From assembly GCA_963716725.1 (NCBI GenBank), contig CAVQUB010000025.1, positions 1-12,757 of the forward strand: DNA of 12,757 nt. The letters run 5' to 3'. The notes under the pieces are model-generated. The model was not told the origin of the DNA, made no database searches, and was given only the letters and a program-made list of their open reading frames with translations. Below are positions 1 through 6,110 of the stretch, in pieces. Positions within the stretch are counted from its first letter, which is position 1. Each line of letters begins with the position of its first letter. Both the position numbers and the translations under genes were made by a program. The stretch comes from an uncultured delta proteobacterium (GTDB lineage Bacteria > Myxococcota_A > Polyangia > Polyangiales > Polyangiaceae).

Positions 1-1156
1 ACTGCGTCGCGGCCTGAGAGAGGCTCGCGCCGAGGGCGAACCCGCTCACTGTCCGCGGGAAAGCTGGTCGCGCCCTCTTTGGCTTGGTCGCCGGCTGGGC
101 CTGCGGCTGCGGTCTCGGCGCCGTTGCAGCCGCGAACGTGCTCAGAGCGATGGGCCCCTCGCTCGTCCGCAGCAGTCGTTTCACAAACCGCACCGGCACG
201 GCGAAATTGAGGTTCTGGCCGTCCTTCAGGTACATCCGGGCCACGCCGACCACTTTGCCCGACCTGTCGAGAACCGGCCCACCGGATGACCCAGCAGAGA
301 TTGCTGCGTCGATTTGGAGCAACTCAAAGTCGAGCGTCGGATGTCTTCTGATACCGCTGACGACCCCGGTCGACACAGTGCCCTGCAGTCCATGCGGGTT
401 GCCCACAATGACGATCGGCGCGCCCGGCCGCTGCGCGCTGTCGTCGTTCGAGAGCGGAAGCGCAGGATGGCCTAGGTTTGGATTCAGCAAGGCCAAATCG
501 TTGATCGCGTCGAACCCGCGAACATCTTGAACCTGCACTTCTCGCCCAGACGGGTAGCGCACTGTGATCCCGGCAGCGCCCGCAACCACATGCAGGTTCG
601 TAACGACGAGCCCACCTGGAACGACGAACCCGCTGCCGAGACCATCCTCCGTCCTGACAACGACGGTCGATCGGAGCGCGCGCTCGGATATCTCTTCGGC
701 CGCCGGATGCCCATCCGCGGCGGTTGCAAGCATCGTCTCCGCGGCAGCCCTGCTGACGCGCTTGAACTCCATCGGGCCAAGCTCGGCCCAGAGAAACGTC
801 ATCGAGTTCGGGCCGGTAACGGAGAGAACACCGGGATACAGTCGAGGGTTTCGGAAGCCCTTGTCGGCGCCCAATCCATTCCCCTTGCCGAATTCATCGA
901 CCTTGAAGGTTGCTTGGCCTGCCGGAACGTTCTCGTCGCCGCTCAGTTTCACAGCGACAAAGCCTCCTTCCGCAGCCCGTCGAACTTCGATCAGCTCAAG
1001 CCCGTGCGGGCCGTAGTCGCCGACCCAATAGCCCTCGATTCCTGACAGGGCCCCGGGCTCCGTCGATGCATGCGCAGGTTCTTGGGTGGGCGCCGGCAAA
1101 CACGACGGCGCGAAAGCAGCGAGGACGGCGAGTGCAGTCAGTCGGAGTAGGCCCAT
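1..1156 (-). CDS. Exported (probable lipoprotein) trypsin-like S1/HtrA-type serine protease with an N-terminal DUF3506/Cyclin_D1_bind-like domain; 3' end lies beyond the window start
   Basis: Translated by hand; absent from the ORF track because it has no stop in the window. ATG at 1156 follows GAGAGGAG. It starts MGLLRLTALAVLAAFAPSC (signal peptide ending in Cys), then GIEGYWVGDYGPHGLELIEV...AVKLSGDENVPAGQATF...GFRNP (~1042-755). The protease domain follows: GLGSGFVV, TNLHVV (His), NDLALL (Asp), IVIVGNPHGLQGTVSTGVVSG, QIDAAISAGSSGGPVLDRSGKVVGV (Ser, 292-275), GQNLNFAVP. A Pro/Gln linker and the start of another domain (FPRTVSGFALGASLSQAATQ) come last. Confidence 0.9.
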   Translation of the reverse strand, partial: MGLLRLTALAVLAAFAPSCLPAPTQEPAHASTEPGALSGIEGYWVGDYGPHGLELIEVRRAAEGGFVAVKLSGDENVPAGQATFKVDEFGKGNGLGADKGFRNPRLYPGVLSVTGPNSMTFLWAELGPMEFKRVSRAAAETMLATAADGHPAAEEISERALRSTVVVRTEDGLGSGFVVPGGLVVTNLHVVAGAAGITVRYPSGREVQVQDVRGFDAINDLALLNPNLGHPALPLSNDDSAQRPGAPIVIVGNPHGLQGTVSTGVVSGIRRHPTLDFELLQIDAAISAGSSGGPVLDRSGKVVGVARMYLKDGQNLNFAVPVRFVKRLLRTSEGPIALSTFAAATAPRPQPQAQPATKPKRARPAFPRTVSGFALGASLSQAATQ

Positions 1157-1253
1157 AGCTCCTCTCGCCTGAAGTTACCATGACGGCACTGCGGGGACGG
1201 CCTTCGGGGTGCGCAGAAAATGCCCGCCACCTTCCGCGAAAGCAGGGGGCTTC

Positions 1254-2342
1254 TCAGGCAGCCGCGCGCCACCTGAGCACAACCGAGTCCTTCACGCCCA
1301 GCACCCTCCTCGCCGCCGCCTGATTCGGCCTCGTGTACCGATTCGTCGTGCTGATGTGCTTGTGCCCGAGCAGGAACGCGACGCCCACGAGGTTCCCGGA
1401 CTCCGCCCACTCGGTCGCGCGCGCGTGCCGCAGGTCGTACGGCGCGAACGTCGCCGCCTTCTCCGGCGGCAGCACCGACCGCGCGGCCCTCGTCAGCCGG
1501 TCCCGGCAGTAGTGCCGCCCGAAGATGATCCCCAGCTCGGGGCACACCGAGTCGATCGCGGCACGCGCCGCTTCCGTCAGCGGGATCTCGCGCCCGAAGC
1601 GCGCCTTGTCGATCTCGTCGGTGATCACCAGCGTGGCCGAGCCGCGCGTGTAGTGCTCGGGGACGTTCAGGTTGTCGATCGTCTTCGGCCGCAGGGCGGT
1701 CTCCCAGGCGAACCGCATCCGAGCGCGCACCGGGAACGGCTTGCCCCCCGGCTTCTTCGACGACTCGGGCAGCGCCTCGATGATGGCCAGCGCCTCGTCG
1801 GGGGTGATCACCGTCGCCTTCACACGCCGGCGCTTCGAGTACGCCGTGCCGGTCGCTCGCGGGGGCGGGCTCGGAACCTGCGGCTCGCGCGAGAGCACGC
1901 CCTGCTGGACGCACCAGCGCACGAACCGCCGCAGCGCGCTCAGCTCCTTGCGGACCGTCTGGCGCTTCACCTTCCGAAGGCGCTCGCGGATGTACTGGGC
2001 GCACGCCGCGTCGGTGATCCCCGACATCGAGCCGAAGAAGGCCTGAAAGTGGCGGGCGTAGATCACGAACGTGTCGAGGGTCGCGGCGTCGAGCTCGCCC
2101 TCGATGTCCGCGATCCAGGTCGCGGCGATCTCGACGAGCGCGAGCTCGGGGCCGAGGACCTTCAGCCGGCGCGCCGGTGCGGAAAGCTGGTGCTCGGAGT
2201 AGAGCTTGGCCGCGCGCCTTGCAGCTTCTTCAGAATCTCTTGCGCCCGTGGCGAGCTCCACGCGCTCGCCCGCGACGGTGAAGCGGACGAAGTAGCGTCC
2301 GCCACGCTTGCGCAGTTTCCAGCCTTCTGTCGGTCGAGCCAT
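1254..2342 (-). CDS. Tyrosine recombinase / phage-type integrase (~362 aa)
   Basis: Catalytic motifs WETALRPKTI (R), DKARFGREIPL (K), YDLRHARATEW (HxxR box with Tyr at the first position) and LLGHKHISTTNRY (H, Y). N-terminal arm-binding-like segment WKLRKRGGRYFVRFTVAGERVELATG; core-binding segment TVRKELSALRRFVRW. ATG 2342 has GGAGG upstream and is preferred over the track start at 2498. Confidence 0.93.
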   Translation of the reverse strand: MARPTEGWKLRKRGGRYFVRFTVAGERVELATGARDSEEAARRAAKLYSEHQLSAPARRLKVLGPELALVEIAATWIADIEGELDAATLDTFVIYARHFQAFFGSMSGITDAACAQYIRERLRKVKRQTVRKELSALRRFVRWCVQQGVLSREPQVPSPPPRATGTAYSKRRRVKATVITPDEALAIIEALPESSKKPGGKPFPVRARMRFAWETALRPKTIDNLNVPEHYTRGSATLVITDEIDKARFGREIPLTEAARAAIDSVCPELGIIFGRHYCRDRLTRAARSVLPPEKAATFAPYDLRHARATEWAESGNLVGVAFLLGHKHISTTNRYTRPNQAAARRVLGVKDSVVLRWRAAA

Positions 2343-2536
2343 TTTGCCAGGTCCTCCCTCTTGAAAAGCGGTTTCCGACCGACGCGATGCTCGGGCACGC
2401 CCGCACGCACGTGCGCGTCGAACGTCCGCACGCTGACGCGCAGGTAGCCGGCCGCCTCGAGCCGAGTCAGGAACGGCGACGCGGGATCTTCCGCGCACCA
2501 GAAGAGCGGCGCCGGTGTGGCGATGACGTAGTCCAC
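2162..2536 (-). CDS. Excisionase-like helix-turn-helix (HTH_17/Xis-type) protein; its 3' part overlaps the integrase start in another frame
   Basis: FLTRLEAAGYLRVSVRTFDAHVRAGVPEHRVGRKPLFKREDLAKWLDRQ matches the Xis/HTH_17 pattern (LT..EAA.YL.VS..T....V....P..RVG....F...DL..WL). GTG at 2536 lies 6 nt after GGGGAGG. It sits directly upstream of the integrase. Confidence 0.82.
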   Translation of the reverse strand: MDYVIATPAPLFWCAEDPASPFLTRLEAAGYLRVSVRTFDAHVRAGVPEHRVGRKPLFKREDLAKWLDRQKAGNCASVADATSSASPSRASAWSSPRAQEILKKLQGARPSSTPSTSFPHRRAG

Positions 2537-2559
2537 GCGAAACCTCCCCAATACTGACC

Positions 2560-2609
2560 GCCAGTATAGTGGTTGCTATGATGGCTAGTCAAGTAGCTAC
2601 TGTACTGGC
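2560..2609. repeat. 18-bp imperfect inverted repeat spanning the divergent control region (candidate operator or hairpin)
   Basis: GCCAGTATAGTGGTTGCT (2560-2577) pairs with AGTAGCTACTGTACTGGC (2592-2609): 14 Watson-Crick and 4 G-U pairs on the + strand, with a 14-nt loop. It ends at the base before ATG 2610. Confidence 0.65.
2563..2592 (-). promoter_or_regulatory. Near-consensus sigma70-type promoter for xis-int
   Basis: Minus strand TTGACT (2592-2587), 18-nt spacer, TATACT (2568-2563). It lies in an AT-richer gap just upstream of the xis RBS (2549-2543). Confidence 0.7.
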
Positions 2610-2849
2610 ATGGCTACAAAAAAGCGTCGCCTGCGCATCGACGTCGAGATCGAAGAGCAGCCCGCGCCGAAGAGTCGATTGTACATCGACGACGACGTGG
2701 CCGACGCGCTCCGCAAGGTCGCGCGCGCCGAGCGGATGGAGCTCACGCCGATGATCGAGATGCTCCTCCGCTACTGGCTCGAGCACGAGCGGCCGAAGTG
2801 GCGGGTGGTGGACTCCGGCAACCGGCCCACAGGCGCGCGCGGCAAGTGA
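2610..2849 (+). CDS. Small ribbon-helix-helix (CopG/Arc-like) DNA-binding protein, probable regulator of the integrase module
   Basis: 79 aa. SRLYIDDDVADALRKVARAERMELTPMIEMLLRYWLE fits the RHH strand-helix-helix pattern. GC3-rich codons like the integrase; divergent from xis-int; no Shine-Dalgarno seen. Confidence 0.68.
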   Translation: MATKKRRLRIDVEIEEQPAPKSRLYIDDDVADALRKVARAERMELTPMIEMLLRYWLEHERPKWRVVDSGNRPTGARGK

Positions 2850-3032
2850 CCCTCGGCGGCTCTATTACGACGGCACAGCGTTGCTCAAGCAAACGCCGAC
2901 CGAGCGACCCAGGGCTGTGACACCGCTGGTGCCCGTCGGCATGGTTCGCCTGTTACGACCTGCTCGACGAAGAACTTCCCGCTGGCCCGAGAAATCTGGG
3001 AACCCCCGAGCATGCGCGGAGTCACACCCGGC

Positions 3033-3491
3033 ATGGCAAGGTTTCTGACTGGGTTGGCATGCGGTGCACTGATGGTCGGGGCGTGTTGGTACGGCAATCG
3101 CGTTGGGTACAAGGAGGGCAGAGCCGACGGGGCCGCAGCCCAGAAGGTCGCCGCCCCCGCACGAGAGAGAGACACCGACCTTCTTGCACCCGACGAAGGC
3201 CTCTTGGCCGCCCCGGCGAACCCGGATGAGGTGTCCGACGCGGGAGCCTGCCTCCTCGCAACGTGGCCGCCCAGGCCGTGCGGCGCTGGCCGGGCCCGGG
3301 CAGTTGCACCACCTTCACACGGCGGCTACCGGCTGGGCAGTCGGCGCACCGTTCAGACCGAAGACCCCGATGGCCCCTGGGAGCGGCTGCCGCTCCCGGA
3401 GATCTCGCCTGCAGACCGCGCGAAGTTGGTGGCGGAACTGGAGGCGCGGGATTCGGAAGTGACCCGGCCAGCCGGGGGCGGCAACACCTGA
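3033..3491 (+). CDS. Hypothetical exported or membrane-anchored protein
   Basis: MARFLTGLACGALMVGACWYG... has an N-terminal hydrophobic stretch with a possible lipobox (VGAC). No family recognised; an alternative start is at 3012. Confidence 0.5.
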   Translation: MARFLTGLACGALMVGACWYGNRVGYKEGRADGAAAQKVAAPARERDTDLLAPDEGLLAAPANPDEVSDAGACLLATWPPRPCGAGRARAVAPPSHGGYRLGSRRTVQTEDPDGPWERLPLPEISPADRAKLVAELEARDSEVTRPAGGGNT

Positions 3492-3999
3492 GGGCCGCCC
3501 GGGTTGGCGAAGTCGCTCACGCCGTCCGACGGTCGAGCGCTTCGGCCTAGCTCGGTCCACGTCAGGGCCGGCTCGCACATCGCGCAGGTCATCCGTGTCT
3601 GCTCGTACTGCGCACGTTCTACTGGTTCCCGCACCGAGCCCAACCACTTCCCGACGGGTCGCGACGCTCGAAGGTCCCGTTTCTCACATCCAGGGTGTGC
3701 GTTGCGACGCCGCTCCCGATCACCGCGAGGCCATTCTGCACCGACTCGACTCTCGCGACTGAGATCGGATTTACGTCGAGGAATCCCAGAGTGCGCCGTC
3801 CGTTTGCCTCCGGCTCCTGGAACTTCACGCTGACGCCCGCGCGCCGATGCCGCGTCCTGCGACGAAGTCGATGATGAGTCGAACCGTACGAAGTGTCGAG
3901 CGCTCCGCAGGAATTGCGGGTTCCAAATGCGCAGTCCGGTCTAACCGCAGCAACAGTCTCAAACGAAACGCGGTACGCTCGCAGTCGAAGGAGGTGGAC

Positions 4000-4189
4000 A
4001 TGGTGAGGCAGATCCTGATGGCGGCGCTTGCCGCATCGGCTGGGTGGCTCCTTCGCGCCGGCGAATGCGGCCGAGCCGCACACACTCCAGGGCCGTGGCT
4101 GCTGCTCCTGGCACCAGGGGCAGTGCGGGTGCTCAGGCGGTCGGGTGCAGTGCTGCGACGGCACCACAAGCCCGAGCTGTTCGTGCTGA
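4000..4189 (+). pseudogene. Small secreted Cys-rich protein (~62 aa) interrupted by a +1 frameshift (pseudogene or sequencing indel)
   Basis: Perfect RBS AAGGAGGT (3988-3995) and ATG 4000 give MVRQILMAALAAS. Removing one G at 4038/4039 continues LGGSFAPANA|AEPHTLQGRGCCSWHQGQCGCSGGRVQCCDGTTSPSCSC to TGA 4187-4189. This forms a complete signal peptide with an A-N-A cleavage site. Confidence 0.72.
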
Positions 4190-4206
4190 CGGAGCCTCGA
4201 GCGGCG

Positions 4207-4563
4207 GTGCACGACCACCTGGAAGCCCTGAAGGCACCAGGCACCCCGGCGATCGTTCTGATGGCCGGATTTCTGGCAGCATGTGGCGGCGCCAGCAGCC
4301 GGGAAATTAACACCCCGGGTGGGAGCCGCGGTTATGTCGTTGAGTGCGCTGACCCCGCCGACTGCTACGAAGAGGCTGGCCGGTTGTGCGCGTCCGGGTA
4401 TCGAGTGGTCGACAGCGGCACACACACCGCTCCGACCGCAGGCGACCGGATCGCCAACGGCTTTGGAGCAATGGGCGCGAACATCAACGGCGGGCAGGCG
4501 CCGCGCAACACCACGACAAAGACAGAAGCCGTCATCGAGTGCACCGGCAGCCCGGGCGAGTGA
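4207..4563 (+). CDS. Small Cys-containing lipoprotein (hypothetical); start uncertain (GTG 4207, CTG 4228 or ATG 4261)
   Basis: AIVLMAGFLAAC is a canonical lipobox (LAAC). The mature part GGASSREINTPGGSRGYVVECADPADCYEEAGRLCASGYRVVD...TEAVIEC has 4 Cys consistent with two disulfides. Confidence 0.72.
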   Translation: MHDHLEALKAPGTPAIVLMAGFLAACGGASSREINTPGGSRGYVVECADPADCYEEAGRLCASGYRVVDSGTHTAPTAGDRIANGFGAMGANINGGQAPRNTTTKTEAVIECTGSPGE

Positions 4564-4649
4564 TTCTGGTTCACTTCGTTTCGAGTCCGCCGCGTGCGTT
4601 GGACAGGTCCATTTGACCCTTCACCACCCGCAACCGAAAGGACACCAGG

Positions 4650-5568
4650 ATGAGCGAACACTGGTTCGACGCGGATCCCGAGAACGGCTACCAAGACGCC
4701 GAATTCGAGACTGCTGAGGGGTTCTTGAGTGCGCTGAACCCGGCCGCCGAGCCTTGGTCGCCAAACCCGCGCAGGTGGCTATTCCGGGGACACGCCGACT
4801 CGGCTTGGAAGCTAATTCCGTCGGCGCACAGGGAAGACTTGAAGCCGTGGGACCTGTTCCCTCAATTCCGCCTACATGCCAGCCGCGGCGACCATTCCCG
4901 TGCGGAGCTCGAGCTCTGGGTCGAGGTCGGTCATTCGAATCGACTTCGCGGGGCTCGAGATTCCCGGCGACTCGCAGGCACTGCGGCATGCGCACACACA
5001 AGCCCAATTGTTTCGTGACGACTGGCCACCGATCGACTTGCTGCCTGCGCTTGCGATTCTCCAGCACTACGGTGCCCCGACAAGACTGCTCGACTGGTGT
5101 CGGAGCGCACGCATAGCGGCGTACTTCGCGGCACGCGACCGGGCGCAGGCAGAACTATCCCTCGAGCTGTCGCATGCGCGCACCGCGGCGCCCAGCGTCT
5201 CAGTTTGGGCGCTCGACTTGGAGTTCATCAGAGCGAAGTGGCCCGCCAGTGACCGGCCACCAGCGCTGACTGTCGTGACGGTGCCCTACGTGAGCAACCC
5301 GAACGTCCACGCCCAGACGGGCGCTTTCACGGTCTACCGCGGTCAACCGAGTTCCCTGGATGTCATCATCAACGAGAAGCTCGGGGACTCGCGTGCGAAG
5401 CCGCACCCGCTCAAGAAGCTCTCGCTCCCCGCTTCCGAGACGCGGCGATTGATGCGCCTTCTGGCATGGGAGGGCACCAGCGCCGCGACTGTGTTTCCCG
5501 GTTACCGTGGTGCGATCGAGCGCGTTGCCGAAGAGCGGCTGTGGGACCCCAAACCATGGACACGCTAG
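4650..5568 (+). pseudogene. FRG-domain protein (~305 aa if repaired), split by a +1 frameshift near 4929
   Basis: The frame of 4650 gives WLFRGHADSAWKLIPSAHR (FRG motif). The frame of 4876 gives ILQHYGAPTRLLDWCRSARIAAYFA, SVWALD, NPNVHAQTGAFT and ATVFPGYRG, which are typical FRG-family motifs. Deleting one G at 4929/4930 joins ELELWVEV-VIRIDFAGLEIPGD. Confidence 0.85.
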
Positions 5569-5805
5569 GGCCGACCGACGCGGCACGCCGGCCGTGCCAG
5601 TCCGCTCCTCCTCTCCGCCCAACACGACCACTACACACGGCTGGACTGGTTGCTGCGACAGGGCTGCGCACGGAATGCCGCTCCGGCGGCTCCGTTGCCT
5701 GGACCTCCGATCGCTGCTCCTCCCGGGGCGCTACCGTGAACCGAACCGTGCCCGACAGCGCACACGCCGCGACCTATGCTCGCCAAGTAACGTAGGCTTG
5801 GGCCC

Positions 5806-6110
5806 ATGGCCGACGACGATGCCATCCTCGAAGCGTTCGACAGGATCCGCTGCCACACCGAGAAGACAAAGGGACGCTCACCCCACAAGCCACTCCTGGT
5901 TCTCCTGACACTGGCGAGAATTCAGCGCGGTGACCCGGGACGAATGGGTTTCGCGGAGATCGAGCAGAAGCTCCGCCTTCCGTTCGCGGACTTCGGCAGA
6001 GCGGGCTCCCCGCACCTTGAGTATCCCTTCTGGCGGTTGCGCTCCGACGGCATTTTGGTCGTGAACTCGGAGAGCGGCTTCGACCTGGCGAGCCGCCAAA
6101 ACGCCAAGGT
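5806..6110 (+). pseudogene. N-terminal fragment of a sulfur-binding-domain (SBD, ScoMcrA-like) phosphorothioated-DNA-binding restriction protein; no HNH domain
   Basis: RSPHKPLLVLLTLARIQRG...FAEIEQKL...FG...HLEYPFWRLRSDGI matches the SBD HKPLLLL / YPFWRL..DG motifs. After ~100 codons the frame runs into the antisense of the kinase gene and becomes low-complexity shadow sequence. Confidence 0.78.

Larger units (their letters stand above)
1176..2880. mobile_element. Compact integrative module (int + xis + RHH regulator); boundaries tentative
   Basis: Gene content and divergent arrangement. An imperfect direct repeat flanks the three genes: TACCATGACGGCACTGCG (1176-1193) and TATTACGACGGCACAGCG (2863-2880), 14/18 identical with an identical 8-bp core GACGGCAC. 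The module could instead be part of a larger island reaching ~6110. Confidence 0.5.

Noticed and set aside
84..1045. Plus-strand ORFs 84-530, 527-1045 and 564-1016
   Set aside because: Antisense shadows of the minus-strand protease gene, which carries the recognisable motifs and an RBS.
1157..1260. tRNA or tRNA-fragment attachment site beside the integrase
   Set aside because: No T-loop (GGTTCGANTCC-like) or cloverleaf was seen on either strand here or elsewhere in the window.
1138..2447. Long ORFs 1209-2447 (+) and 1138-2004 (-)
   Set aside because: Alternative-frame artefacts of the GC-rich integrase gene, with no motifs.
2343..2498. N-terminal extension of the integrase to the track start at 2498
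   Set aside because: Arg-rich, non-protein-like sequence overlapping the xis HTH; ATG 2342 has a GGAGG RBS.
3847..4563. Single 238-aa protein as given in the track
   Set aside because: Better explained as a frameshifted Cys-rich peptide gene (RBS at 3988) followed by a separate lipoprotein; an internal lipobox at about residue 146 is implausible.
5582..5598. Hairpin GGCACG-CCGGC-CGTGCC just after the FRG stop, as a terminator
   Set aside because: Only a 6-bp stem and no U-tract, so it is not enough to call.
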